The position numbers and the translations under genes were made by a program. A stretch of DNA of 64,000 nt from Ancylonema sp. (lineage: Eukaryota), in assembly GCA_050230475.1 (NCBI GenBank), contig JBFLGF010000131.1:1-64000 (forward strand), read 5' to 3'. Positions within the stretch are counted from its first letter, which is position 1. Each line of letters opens with the position of its first letter. The notes under the pieces are model-generated. The model had not been told where the DNA came from. It did not search any database and saw only the letters and a list, made by a program, of their open reading frames with translations. Shown here in pieces: positions 1-13,330 of the stretch.

Positions 1-687
1 AACATCGATAGATGGGGATGTTTTGAATAGAGCGGACTTATCTTTTAGAATCTGCCGACGTGGATATCTAGCCACACATGTCATTCTATCGATAGGGTTT
101 GGCACGATTGTGCCAGACATTGCTCGGAATATGTATGTCGGCTTTCGGCTAATACTCAATAATTCGGTCTCACCAAAATTGCGGCTTTGCAAGTGTTTAT
201 TGCTTTGCATGTATTTGCATGGAGAAGTCTATTATCGTTGAGTTCTAGTCCTGAACTTAGTCGATCCACTTCCAGAAAATGTATGGAAGTCAACAAGTTC
301 CGCCGCGACGACGACCAGGATTTTTTTTTTTGGTGACCCCGAAGGCTTGTGTGCGCGAAAGGGACAAAGATATTGGCGCGGCGGGGCACAATCCTGTTCA
401 ATTCACACGCTATGGGGGACTGTGGGGGCTCGCGATTTCATTGGTTCGATAGCCCCTAGCTTGAAGCCATATAGGGGCTGGCTCCGGGCCGTTTTACTAG
501 CGGCTGTATGGCTTCAAGCCAGGGCCAGGGGCAAGGGGCAACGTCCATAGGGTTCGCCTTTTTTGGCCCAAAAAATACAAATCGAACCCGGGTCCGACGA
601 AATTCGGGATTCCGTTCGTTTTCGAACGGGGCAGGGGCAGGGGCAAGCGTCCATAGGGTTTGCCCTTCGGGCAACATACGATTTGTA

Positions 688-1067
688 CAGTGCAGTCTCG
701 ATATAGTGACAATTTTATAGACATGGGGATTTAATGTCACTATATCGAATGCTAGGGTTGTCACTATACAGTGTTTAGTGACATTTGATAGGGCGACAAT
801 AGGCAAATGTCACTATATCGAGAGAAAGTGAAATTCAGGTCGATATTTTTAAAGGAGGTGGCTCATCTAATCGGCTTTCGTTATAACATCCTCTTGCGAT
901 AATAAAACGTGTCTACATGACTAATATTGGAACCATTAAAAAAAGTGAAATTAGACTAGTGATTAATTTACGCGTCACCTTTTGGCTAAAATTAATTCGG
1001 GCGGAATATTATGCATTAAAATAAACAGTTTATTAATTTTCACAGTATAAATTTAGACAGGTTTCAC
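688..1067. mobile_element. Truncated pogo/Tc1-type MITE (left part only)
   Basis: TA followed by CAGTGCAGTCTCGATATAGTGAC. Colinear with the complete element at 42749-43318 (repeated GTCACTATATCG motifs; ...AATTTAGACAGGTTTCAC vs ...AATTTGGACAAGTTTCAC). Ends where the retroelement fragment begins. Confidence 0.75.
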
Positions 1068-3149
1068 CATTCACGGATAATGAATGGTGTCAAGTTCCCA
1101 TTCCTGAGTCGCTGGGTCATGAACAGGCAAAGTGGTTGGATCAGGTGATGGTGTCGCTGAAGCAAAATATTGTGCTCATACCCCTCTTGTGCTACCGAAA
1201 ACTCAAAATATGCAAGAATGTCTTCATCCTCGTTCGTGGCGAACATGGTTTCATCATCGTTCTTTAGAAAGGTGTCCATTGTGGTGTAGGTGGTGTCGTG
1301 TGGAAGTCCCTTGTTCATGTAAACTACTCCATAAGTTTCCAAGTAAAACTTCTGAGTAGCATTGAGCCCATGGGTGATGATAGGGACAGATACCATCCTG
1401 TCTCCTTTTACCTCCCAATCCACTCGGTAGTGGAAACGGTGTCCCCAACTGTCGACGATTCCTCTGATGGGAACAATAAACGAATTGCCGAGGAGGATCG
1501 AGTACTTGTCAGAGGGTGGCAAAGTGAGACGAACTGGAACTGTGGTTTTGAACTTGCCCTGTCCAATGGTGTCCCTCTTGGTGACTCCCAACGATGTGTT
1601 GGTCTGTCCTGACGAGGTGAGGTACTCTTCACCAGGGTCTAAGTCTGCCTTGGTGATGCCCAGTTGTTTCGCCATGGTTAAACCGATCATGCAATCTCCT
1701 GACCCGGTGTCCAAAACCATGTCTCTTGTGGGTTCGACTCCTTCTATTCATCGTTGGCCCCGCCCCGCAAATCCCGCCTCGCTTTCCGCCCCGGGCGGGC
1801 CCGCCCCGGGAGGCACCCCGGGCGGAAAAAACCTCGCCCGGGGCGGGGCCATAAAGGTTATTATGTTTTTTTTAAAAGGACCCCAAGACCACGTAGATTA
1901 TGTACATCTTTTTAAAAGTAAAATCCGACAAGTATTCAATATTTTATAACACTTAGTACGCCTGCCATCTTTATCCGTGTAATATTCTTCTGTATATCTG
2001 AAGTTTTGTTTTTTTTTTTTTTTTTTTATCGCATTATACCACACCACGCCACGGATTCGGACTCATGGGTGACATTAGATGATGTCGGAATTATGGCGTA
2101 TGGTGCACATTGTGCAAGAAGTCAATTTTTGACAAAACCAACCATATCTCCGCATTGCGGCATTTTTTTATTTTTTGGTATTTTGGCCTATGGCCCCGCC
2201 CCGCAAATCCCGCCCCGCTTCCCGCCCCGGGCGGGAAATTCCCCGCCCGGAGCGGGGCCAACTATGGTTCGATTCCTTCTATGAATAAAATTTGTTTGTT
2301 CTTTTCAATGACAGGCACCGTCCGGTTGGTGGTGATGCGTTCATCTGGTTCAATGACTGACTTGGTATTCTCTAGTTTGACTGTGGAGTGAATTGCTGGT
2401 ACCCCGCCGTGCAAAACCACTAGGATGCCCGCTTGTTGTTTTTGCCACTCTTCTTTGGTCAGGTGATCACGAGGACAATCCTGCCAAATATGACCTGATT
2501 GAAAACATACGGCGCATTTCTCCTCTACCTTGGGTGGTGAAAGGATGGCGGGACCTGGTGCTTGACTTGCAACGGCAGGTGAGAATGTGACAAAAATTTT
2601 GGTGAGGGTTGTCGATGCCTCTTCTTGTGGTTTCACTTTTTCCTTACTCATGATCGAATTGAAGATACCTACACCTGTGGTATATGTTGCTTCCTGCACA
2701 TATCTTTGGTGTTCTTCCTTGGTCATCTGCAGGTACTGAGGAGTACTGGTTACCAACATATTGGTGCACGCCGGGATTGGTTGTGCTGTAGGAAGTGCTG
2801 GAAGTTGTCGCTGGAATTGGTGAAACATTCGATTTTTCCAGGTCACCTCACCGTTCGCCAAGTCTGTGGTGAGATTTACCGGATGAATCTTGTTCCACTC
2901 GCGCTGTCGATGGACTCGAATGACCGCCAAATGTTCGTCTCGGCGTCGCTTGAGGTCTGGAGGGAGTTGTCGGAACTCGTCCTCGGTTTTCTTCTGCATG
3001 AGTTGTAGCTGCCCAAATCTGTATATCTTGTAGTCGTCGGAGATGTCGGTAGCAAGCTGCAAAATATTTGTCTCGTATTGGATGTCACTCAGAGCATACT
3101 CAGATTCAGTAGCCTTGGTTGTCCAGAAATGATGGTCGTAGGTTTCCAT
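1067..3149 (-). pseudogene. Ty3/Gypsy-like gag-protease polyprotein fragment, split by a MITE and 3'-truncated
   Basis: ORF 2262-3149 has a CCHC knuckle (CAVCFQSGHIWQDC). ORF 1064-1720 has retropepsin motifs (VLDTGS...ILLGNSF). Removing the 1749-2266 insert and one copy of the duplication restores ...ILFIEGIEP-TRDMVLDTGS. A possible PPT plus LTR start (GGGGGGGGGAG|TGAGATCC) lies on the minus strand at about 4645. Confidence 0.8.
1749..2266. mobile_element. hAT-like non-autonomous element (CATAGTTGGCCCCGC family)
   Basis: TIRs CATCGTTGGCCCCGC / GCGGGGCCAACTATG, GC-rich subterminal repeats. Closely related to the copy at 60618-61121. Flanked by a 17-bp duplication. Confidence 0.85.
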
Positions 3150-4801
3150 CTTAGGTTTCTGAATAGTGCTACTGTGGTTTATTGTCGATACAATGGTGTA
3201 TAAGAAACGATCGAATGAGAAGGGTTGTCCAGATTTTTTTTCTCAGCATGGTTCTGTAAACTTTTTCTTGAAGACCTCAATGCAAAGAAGCTCTTCCGCT
3301 GGTCTGTTTAGAGTAGATTGGTGTAGGTGGAATCCCTACTCACCACACAAGAATGTAATTCAAGCACGGTATGTGACTTATCAACGAAGCTTGCCGTAGC
3401 TACTACTCGCCGAAAGCTGAGATGCACTCAACGCTTAGTGGTGGGAGGTCTAAAAACAACACTAAGGTTAATCAGACGTTGCAGGTTACAGCACTTCACA
3501 ACAGGTGATAAAAAGAACGCGAGGCAAATAACTATATAATTTCTACAAGGGTGCAGAATGAAGGATAGTTGATTGCGACGGGGGCGCACTCACTATTGGT
3601 TTCGAGAATCAAATGTTGTCGTGAATAAAACGATTCACTAGATCTGGAACGGGTGCAAGAAATTAAAATAATGAATTGTCTGACTGAGCTCGCACAAAAC
3701 GGTGCAGCTAATTGTAACGATTTCTGACGTCAGCAAAACGGCTGACAATCAACGACTTGCAAAGGTCACGATTTTGCAAGGGTAACGATAATTCTGACAA
3801 CGGCAGAATTTCACACGATGCGTATGCAAAACGGCACACGAATTTTTGTACTACTTGAGATGCGACAACACGCACAAGCAAACATGCGATTTCTCAGAAC
3901 TCGGCTGGATGGAGCGACGCGAAGTTTGCAGAAATTCACAGAGAATATCAAAGGCGAAACGGCACACTTGATAACGATTGTTGACGATTGCAAAATACAC
4001 GAATTCACAGAGATTGCAAAGATGGAGATTGCAAAGAGTTTGGTTAAAATTCAGACAGAGTAAACTGACAGCGGAAGTTGGCAATTGAGAAAGCGACTTA
4101 GGCTTCAGTACAATCGACGCGCCGTTTCACACGCGCGGTAATCTATATCTTATCTTGATCTATCAGGCTGGCTGATTGAGATAAAGCTCGGCGCGCACTA
4201 GGAATCTACGACAAAATACTCGTCGATACGATAAAATACTTCGAATTGAAATCTAAAAAGTGGTACACCGACTTTTCTAGATTGACTGAGTATAACAAAA
4301 TTATCAAATCAAACGTCTGACATAGTTCGACATAGTTCGATATAACGACTAAAAATCGACAATTACCAAAAGTGCTATTTTTCAAGCGGATCAACAATTA
4401 AAAAGACTTTACTTTCTAACGATCTCTGGCGGCATGACAGCTGATGTGCCAGATGGAGTCGGCAGACAGCCTGTCGACGAAATCTCTCAAAACAAAAGAA
4501 ATCGACAGATTTTGGAAAAATCTGCAAAACTTGACTTTTTATATTTTTTTGCGTCGATGAAAGTGACGGATGTCGGTTGATGACTTGGCTGCTTGTCTGG
4601 ATGAGCAGCAGCAGGATTGGGCCTAGAGTCATCATCTGGATCTCACTCCCCCCCCCCAGCTACGAAAGCTCTGCGTCGGACATGGACAGATGATGTAGAA
4701 CCTGGTGGAATATAATGTACATAAACTAGGGTAAAAGAAAGATAAAACACAAGGGTGCAGGGTGAGGTGATTGGTGCCCCCCCCCCAAATGTAGAAAATC
4801 C

Positions 4802-4841
4802 AATGGTTAATGTTCCGGACACAACCGGAACATTAACCATT
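4802..4841. repeat. Perfect 17-bp inverted repeat (hairpin)
   Basis: AATGGTTAATGTTCCGG-ACACAA-CCGGAACATTAACCATT. Confidence 0.9.
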
Positions 4842-4944
4842 AACCATAGGGGGGGTACTTCCTACACCTTAGGGGTGCCGGGATGTTTCCAGAATCACGA
4901 ATTGTATTTGGTGATCCGGTTACAACGTGGCAGTATTCAATTTA

Positions 4945-5097
4945 GGGCCTAAGACGTTATATTGAACTACTTACAGTGCAAAATGGGTGAGTACTCACTA
5001 CTTAGTCACAATTCGACGTCCGAAGTCGATTAGAGAAATTGTCCCGGTGCGACACGCGTGCGCAAATCTTGCGCACGGTGCTGACCCATCTATGCTC
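4945..5097. repeat. Dispersed repeat, inverted copy at about 39053-39195
   Basis: GGCCTAAGACGTTATATTGAACTACTTACAGTGCAAAATGG...CCCATCTATGCT is the reverse complement of AGCATAGATGGG...CCATTTTGCACTATAAGTAGTTCGATATAACGTCTTAGGCC. Confidence 0.8.
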
Positions 5098-5254
5098 ATA
5101 TCATATAACTCATATGATACAAGTGTTCAAGCCTTGAACACTTACATGATATAAGTGCCTTGAACTTCAAGGCACTTATATCTATGCCTTGAAATGCCCC
5201 CTCAAATACCCGGAAAATGCAAACAAACCCCGGGGTATTCCGGGTATTTTCGGG

Positions 5255-5295
5255 TACGAGGGTTATTCCAGGAAAAACCTGGAATAACCCTCGTA
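5255..5295. repeat. Perfect 18-bp inverted repeat inside a GGGTTATT/GGGTATT-repeat element end
   Basis: TACGAGGGTTATTCCAGG-AAAAA-CCTGGAATAACCCTCGTA. Confidence 0.9.
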
Positions 5296-8200
5296 TCCGG
5301 TTTTTGGCTGCCGGGTTATTTGCGGGTTATTACCTCTGGGCTCGTCTTGGGTTTTCCGGGTGAAGGTTAGACCGCCAAGCTCGGAGCGCCACACATGAGT
5401 GCCATGACTGGTCTGCAATTCCCCGCGCCAGACCATTCGATTTCAAGAGAGGCTTTGCGATGGAAAGACGGAATCGTCGGTACCTCTCTAAAGGTTGCAC
5501 CGTCCCTTCACCACGATCGTTTGGCCCAGAAAGTGTCCTGTGAGCGACGGGTAGCAAAGCCGTCGCAGAGGCGTGAGAAGAGGGAGGGGAGAACCAACCT
5601 GGACCACAAGAACACGCGCGGGCTGCAGCCAGGGTGGAGTTCTGGACCCATTCCAACGGTGACTGAGAGGTTGCAGAATGAAGTAAGCACCGGAACTGCG
5701 GTTGCAGCGAACGTGCCTTGGCGACTGTCAAGTTTGATTTGCTTGTAGGCTGCACTTTGTAAAGCATGCACCGAATCTGCGATGCCGTCGCCTCCTATTT
5801 GATATATTGGGATATTGCGAAGCCCATGGGATCATCAGTGCGTCTCAGGCTGATCCAAAGCGACCGTCTGTTTGATGCAAGTTCACTCGGGTTCGTGTCC
5901 TGCCTCACTTGTTCTCCTGCAGGAGCTGATACCGTCTCCACGCTGGCCAGATTTCATAAGGAGCAGTGTTGGTATCTGGTCAGGCGTCACAGCCTCGTTC
6001 TCGCCGCTTTCGGGGAAGCTCGAGCCGATCTCCCTCACAAACTCTGGCGAGTACGTATACGAAGCGACAGTGATCTGCCGGGATGAACCGCGATTGGATG
6101 CAGGGGGAGAGCGGGTGGTCCACAGGACACTCTGGTGGCAGCAGAAACCATCTGCATCGGGGGAGTTGGTAGACCAGGAGGCAGAGTTGCTAGGGGAGGA
6201 AGAGATGAATGTGGAGGCGGGTGTTGGAGGTGCTACTGCGGGTTTGGTGTTCTGGGAGGTGAGCGAAGGACGCGGAGCAGGTAATTCAGGCAGCCGGCTG
6301 CTCACCCTGTCCATGACTTGCGGGGTTGGCAGGATGGGTCCTATTCTCGGGGTCCCCTGGATCTGGTGGCAGGGGGGGAGAAAAGGGGTTATGCTGTACC
6401 TGCCACCTTTCAAATCGAGCAGTGCGTGGTTCGGGGCAGTGCGTCCCCACATGAACCCGTGACCCGGCTGCGGATGCAGCACACCATTGCCGTCACAGGG
6501 GAAGGGGAGGAAATTCAGGTGGAGAAAAAATCCCAGACCGCAGCCCCTCGACGAGTGTTCCCCGCTTGCTCGCATTTTTTTGAACACTTCGCTCACAAGC
6601 AATGCAATATCAATCGAGAATTCTTTAGAGCAAGACAATCTATGGTGAATGGCGTGAAGTGTATAAGCAATACACCCGTTATGTGTATTCAATTTCATGT
6701 ATATATTCCCGTTTTACATGTTTTATAAAGGTTCTCTCTGTTGTGAATGGAGACTAATGTTTGTGGTCATCAGACTTACAACTTTTTTATTTACATTCTT
6801 AGCTGTGCTACAACCCCCCTATACCCCGATTCAAAGACGTTCTTATCAACTCCAGTCCAATCCTGATTGGAAGTGTGCTGATCGGAACAAGTGATTTCAA
6901 GGGCAAGATCTGGAAGAAAGAAAATATTTCGGGGTTATTACACCCCATTTGGTACATATGAAGATTTCTCTAATATATAACAACGTTTATGTTCACTGGA
7001 CGGGGGCGAATCCAGGTGCTCAACCTCACCGTATTTGAAGAGGTTTGGATGGGGCCATGTGGGATAGAAACCATGAGGTGATGGAGGGTTAGCATCCCAC
7101 ACGTGCACCGCAGCTTCACAACCTTCCCTTGAGCTCAACTGGCCTCGCCCCATGCCCCTCGCAGTTCCTCCACGGAACGCCGTTTGCCCTTCCTCTCTGC
7201 CCAAACGCCTGCACGAATAAGCCCAAAGGACATGTGTGGACCATGGAAGGTAACTGAAAGCAGCGTCACTTTGTCGGGAGCAGATGCTTTCGGGACTTCA
7301 AGCTCCCCTTTTGCGCACTCGTGTTGGGAGACGATAGACACGCGTGGCCTTCCTACCAGTGGACAATACAGTATTGGCCAGTCAGGTGCGATTCAGTTGA
7401 ATTCTTGCCCAAACTACCCGTCGTCATCTAGTCGAGGTCCACCCAAATCCACCGCCTCGTCCTTCTCTTCCTCCACCGCTGTGGCCATGTTGTGTGGAAG
7501 CATCTCGAAATTTGAAACACGGAGAGGAGTTGTTGGTGTATTTGAAAACATCATATGTGCCTCCTCGGTGCCTTCCATTCTGGTGTCCACAATTCAGCAC
7601 ATAAGTTCATTCCCAAGTTCGCTCCATTGTGGTCGCCGCACAATGGAAGTGTGGCATGGCAATGTGTTGATTCAAACACGTAACTTCACGTTCGTTAGTC
7701 ACTCAATTGTTACAAAGAAATGTTGATTTTGACAAGAAAGTGGACCACGTGCGTACACAAGGAGTACATTACATTGAATAATAAGTTATGCATAAAACTT
7801 TGAAGATAAGCATTCAAGAAGGAGATCACCCACCTCTTATTATAAAAAACGAAGTAATGTTGTCATTTTTAAGTTGTCCCAATCGTCAATCGTGCACCTT
7901 GCACACAACCTTGGTTAAGTGCACACAAAGCGTTCTACACCTTTGCTATGGGGAACGAACACTAGAGACCGGTTCGTTCAAAATGTTGGCTTCTCTTTAT
8001 TGTTGAGAAATGATTTTACAGGGAGTCGTATAGACGAGGTGGCTCATCTGTGGCTGCCTGGTGGCATTTCTTCAAGAGTAGAAGTGGGGAGCGGGGGAGA
8101 TCTGGTGGTTGGCCTTGGTTGGTTGGACAAGGGAAGCCCCCGCCTTTTTATAGAACGACATTATGATGGCAACGGGAGGTTGAAACAAGTTAGGAAAGGT

Positions 8201-8589
8201 TCAGAAGTGAATGGAGAATGAATTCACAACAAACATGCATCGCTCATTTTCTAAAAGGAAGTGCTACGAGACTGAAGTTGGTGAACAATGCGGTTGAGGT
8301 TGGCGGCGTAAGGAGATAGTTAGACTTGTGATTTGGCCCAAGGAAAGAGATGTAAAAGTCAAACCCTCATGTTGTATCTCTTCTCGGATAGAGGTGGTAC
8401 GTGCCAATGTATGTGGCTAGAATTGTGGTGTTTCGTACTACTCCATCTTAGGTTGCAATTTTTGTCTTGAAATAGCAAGTTTGAAAAAGTAAGTTTAACT
8501 TTCCACGCTTTCTCCTCTCCTAGTTGTTAGTCCATCAATTGACCAAAGACGTGCTCTTGCCACTCTTGTTGTCGATACTTGTGTTTAGT

Positions 8590-9060
8590 ATCAAAATATG
8601 ATCGAACGAATGTTCCCAAAAGTGAGGTTAGTGTGCGTACCATTAGGATTTCTTCTCATTCTGACTTTGAAGTCGTCTAAAATGTAACATTTGAAATTTG
8701 TGCGTAGATCAGTTGACTTTAGCGCTATATTAACTAAATATATGTATGTGAATTTGGTCAATCTGAAGTCACACATGGACGCTTTTCCATCCAACAATCA
8801 TGGTTGTAAACGTCTTTCACCGAATTCGTCGTCTAATGCGAAGAAAAGTATTTGGTATCTTGGTGTAGTATTGGTTGTCACTCAAGAAGGACAAAAAAAT
8901 AACATGGCCCTGTACCGTTCAATGACTCTAAATTGATCAATTAAACGCTTCCGCGGTCGGATCAAAGTTGTAGTGTAAATTGAGTTTGTACTCAGTCGCT
9001 GATAACATCAACAACTATCACTTCTCAACTGTGTGGTGTTAATAACACTACCCTTCACCG
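8590..9060 (+). mobile_element. Highly decayed LINE reverse transcriptase relic (C-terminal RT motifs)
   Basis: Translation ...DFSAILTKYMYVN...KSIWYLGVVL...TLLNCVVL resembles the LINE N..KT..M / YLGV.L / LIN.V motifs, with stops. Confidence 0.35.
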
Positions 9061-10804
9061 AGGCCAAGTCCAGAAGTACAAACAATTCAAGGTAGTCACG
9101 TGAAAGTAAACCGAAGCAGAACAAAGTAGCACTAATCGCATGTGTTAAGGTCAAGAGCCTTAAGATGTACTTCAATAAAGCTCGCTACGTTGGCATGTTA
9201 CGATATACCTCACTGATGACAGTGAGGTATTCACAAATAAATAAAACCCGCAATCGATAGCTTAGTTAGCGAATTTATAGAAAGCGATATGCAAAAATTA
9301 GTTTAGTAAGAACTTTAGCACACGGATGCTATATGACATTACTTAGAAAAATATTGATTTTTGAACTTGCAGATTATCGGTGACGATAGTGAAGTAGGCA
9401 TTGTAGACAATAACAAGGATGGCGTGAGCCGATTGTTGCAGGATATACCATATAATACACAAGATTGCAACGATTGAAACGGGTCTGCCCGGGTCATACA
9501 TTATGACCCGGGTAAAATAATAATAATAATAATAAAAATCGGGATACCCACCAACTTGACCCGAGCAAACTTCATATATTATTTCGTGACCCAAAAATAT
9601 GACCCGGGTGAATACTAGATATTATACCGTGACCCGGCAAGAAAAATGAACCACCCCAAATCAGCGTGTAATTTTTACCGCACCAATCACGGTAATGTAA
9701 AAGCTAACACCCGCGGGTGAAAAAACCCGGGCGGAGTTCCTTGCTCTAGATTTCGGCCTTCTAGGAGACTGTCAAAACTGGACAAAAATTGTTGGTCTTG
9801 AAATGTATTGTTAGACCTTTTCGTTGATCGTCATGAAAAGAGGTCGGAGACACATATATCTAAATAGACCCCGAATGGATAGAGGCGAATGCTTTGAAAA
9901 TAGAAAATACATAGTAGCGGTCGAAGAAAATTGAAAAGTTGGCAATGATGTAGTAGTGAGTAGTGAGTAGTGCGTAGTGAAGAGCGACGGATTAGTGAGT
10001 AGTGAGTGAGTGAGTGTGTGGCGATATTCGTAATAGCAGTACTAATTCGAATTTATAATGAGATATCATTCCATTTGAAGATTGAATAATATTGTATGGT
10101 AAGAAGAATAAATTGCATGGTATGTATTTTAATCCAATCCAATTTAATTTAGAAAGAAAGAGTTTGAAGCTTAAAGTTCAAAAAAAAACAAAACAAAAAA
10201 AAACAAAAAAACTCAGTAGCATAAAAGATACTCATGACTTGGACGGTATAACAAACGTCACTTTGACGGTTTTGTGCCATTACAACATAAATCAATCTAC
10301 ACAATCAAATCCCACCATCTTTTCTACATGCCCCCCCCACCCAACTCCACATTGTAATGCTAAATTCAAACTTAATATTAAAATATGCAAAAAGCAAACC
10401 AACGACGATCGATTTAACCGCAACTGGACCACGATTGAATCTTGGGCAACCGGGGTACAACCACATGTGTATTTTGAGAAAGAAAACAAACAAATCCATT
10501 TGATGATGTTGACCCATTATGCTGGATTTCGGAATTTATGGCGTGCGTGACCCACTTCCAAAAATGAGTTTAAATAGACCCGACCCGCCTTTTTCAAAAT
10601 TATTTGCGGGTCATTATGTATGGCAATTAAGGTAGGGTGGTGATCGACACGCTTGACTCTAGAGCTTACAACTCTGAAAAACAATTTTTGGCGCTACGAT
10701 GTAAACATAAAAATCTTACAAATTCCTTGTCTACAATTGAAATTAATTTCCAGGTGATTATCGGCATATTAAAATATCATCGTCAAAAAACAAAGAACGC
10801 GGTA

Positions 10805-11340
10805 TGTTAGGATATCATTCGGATAGCCATGCTCTAGTGTGCTCGTCTGCAGGCACTCCGGTTCTAGTAACCGAGTATAGTTCCTTAATGTGCTTGTATG
10901 CGGAGTCGGACAAGTTTTTATCCGGTCACCCGATCGTCTTTGTTTCCCACACACTTTATGTCGACACTATTGTGTAGGTTGTGGCAAGTACAGTCTATAT
11001 GCATGTATCTTGGACTTGGCGTGATGTGATTGGACTACTCTAGTCATGTCAGATTGTCCGACATGAGCCTTTGACATTTCTGCATAGTTGTTGAGTTATG
11101 ATAGGCCGGCGTTTATTAGATCCAACCGTCGGCACAATTGTTGAGTTTGCGATTGTACGAGGCATCGGGGTATTACCAATCCGATGCCGACACTTTTTCA
11201 TTACCGATTCCACACAGTATCTTGTCAATGATCATCCACTAAGAGACAAAGATTGTCGTAAGGAAATTCAATTAGCACTATTGCACACCATTCGTATTCG
11301 TCGTAAAAGTTTATGGGCCCACGTTGTGCGGTCTAGTTAC
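10805..11340 (+). mobile_element. LTR (solo or remnant), related to the opposed LTR at 14040-14507
   Basis: Starts with TGTTAG. About 500 bp of colinear inverted similarity to 14040-14507 (GGATAGCCATGC, CTAGTCATGTCAGATT, AGATCC(A/G)ACCGTCGGCACA, CTAAGAGAC). Right end approximate. Confidence 0.65.
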
Positions 11341-11689
11341 GAACGCCGTAACGGTTTAATAACTATAGGCTCTCGGATCTACACGATTTGCTGCGTAAAT
11401 ATTATGCGGACGGCAGATTGTGCTTGCGAGGGTGGATTTGACCTGGTTTATTAATTATTGCAAGTAATTTTTCGGATTGCGTTGCAAGGGATTGAGTTCC
11501 GAGTTGCGTTGCACGAAAAGCACTCAATGATGCTAGTTGCGTGAGAATTCTCGCTAATACCCACAGAGCTGCCTAAAATGTCGGAAAGATAAAAAAAAAT
11601 ACAGTTTTCAGGTACGGCTGATGGGCCTACAAAGTTAAATAAGCCTAGCTTAGAAAGAGTTCCATTATGTAGTCATAGAGTGGGATGGA

Positions 11690-13330
11690 ATTCCGAGGGA
11701 AATCCGCCTTGTTGTTGTATATCTTTTGACACAAACAGAGCAAGACGCCATCACAAACATTGGTGGAGACGTTGCACGTGCCACTCAAGCTATTACTACT
11801 AAGATTGGACGTTCTAAAAAGCAGCCAACTCCAAACCGCACTCCACATATACCATGCTCCGATACTAGTGTGACTACTTGATTTTGCTATCGATGCAATA
11901 ATGAGCAAATATTCACCACATTACAAAGTGCACTCACAACAAAAGAAAGAATTTTGAGAAGGAAAATTTTAGTGAACATTCTGCCGACACACCATCGCCC
12001 TAAAATACACCAGCTAAACTTAGACGCCGCTAGAAGCGGAATGTTCAAAACTTGAATGTTATCGACACGTCGTCCAATCATAATGACACTTATCGAAACT
12101 CAAAATACTAGTGTTGTGCAAACTTAAAAACTATATCAATTTAAAAGCCTTAATTAAGGTTTTTAAATTAAGGTTTTAAACTCCTTGGACTTTGTGACCC
12201 TTTAAAACCCTTAAAATGTGGTTCCTTTAAAACTCTTTAAAACGCCACGTAACCACTCAGGCTACGCACCATATGAAGTATAAATTGTCTATTTCGTTCG
12301 GGTGCCTCGTTCCTTAGCGGCTAATTGTTTGCACATCTGTCAGGCAATGGTTTCTTAGTGGATACTAAAATTTTCAAATGTTAGGTGGCGAGTCCGTTGA
12401 TGCAATTCAAATGCTTCGTCAAAATTTTCCCGCACGAAAAGGGGGAAGGCCATTGGGGCCTATGTGGAAACACTCCACGAAGTTGAAGATGAAGAAGTAA
12501 TTCATTTTTGGGCGTCGTGAACATGCTTCAAGGCGGGTACAATGTACGGAGTTCATATATGTATTGTAAAAGTGTGTTGTCTTCGCCATCGCTTTATTGG
12601 GCGCACATTCGAAGCTCTGCCAATCTGACAAACAATCAAAAGACCGTTATTCTTGTCGTAGAATCAAAACAAGCAGATGGAAGCGGCGACAGTGTCAAAC
12701 ATTCCAAATGCACGTGGTTGAAGGAGAATTTGTACTATTTGATGAGGAGAGGGTGTACCGCTTCCACAAGGCTTTCCTTCATGCGACCCTTTCAACCAAC
12801 TTTCCGTTTCTTCAGCCCTTATTCATTGCCCAACCGAATGCCTTTTTGTGGTTCAATAGTCCTTCTTTGGCGAGGCAGAGTCTATCGATTATTAGGAAAT
12901 CGCAATTGTGGGATCTCTCTATGCACTGAGAACGAGCGTGCATGGATTTGCAAGATGGTCGAACACATTTAGAATGTATCTGAAACGTGAATTTCATGAG
13001 TTTTTTTCAGTTGTAGACTCATCTTATAGACCGAGAGTCATTTTTTGTTAAGATGAGATAAATCATGAGAGCAACAATACGTATGATGTCCTTCCAATCA
13101 TGGTCTACGAACATTATGATGCCTTCAATCACTAGATATCCATATCGTGAAATTGCGATAAGAAATAGTGGTTATGGCTACATATTGTAGTCCTCGTTTT
13201 CCTTGGACATGTATGTGCATGAGAATAACAAAGATTTATGAAGAGGTGATGTACAATTACAACTAGCACAAACTCACACACATCAATGAACGGTTCGAAT
13301 ATCAACATATATGCTTTTGTGTGAAACGTC
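11690..13330 (+). mobile_element. Highly decayed LINE ORF2 relic
   Basis: Scattered motif remnants in the expected order: IRLVVVY, KRGKAIG (cf. KAPG), WK-ATVSNIP, RNCGISL (cf. YRPISL), NINIYAF (cf. before FADD). Many stops and frameshifts. Confidence 0.4.

Noticed and set aside
1732..2283. Casposon-like long TSD
   Set aside because: No Cas1 or PolB is present, and sister copies have 8-bp TSDs.
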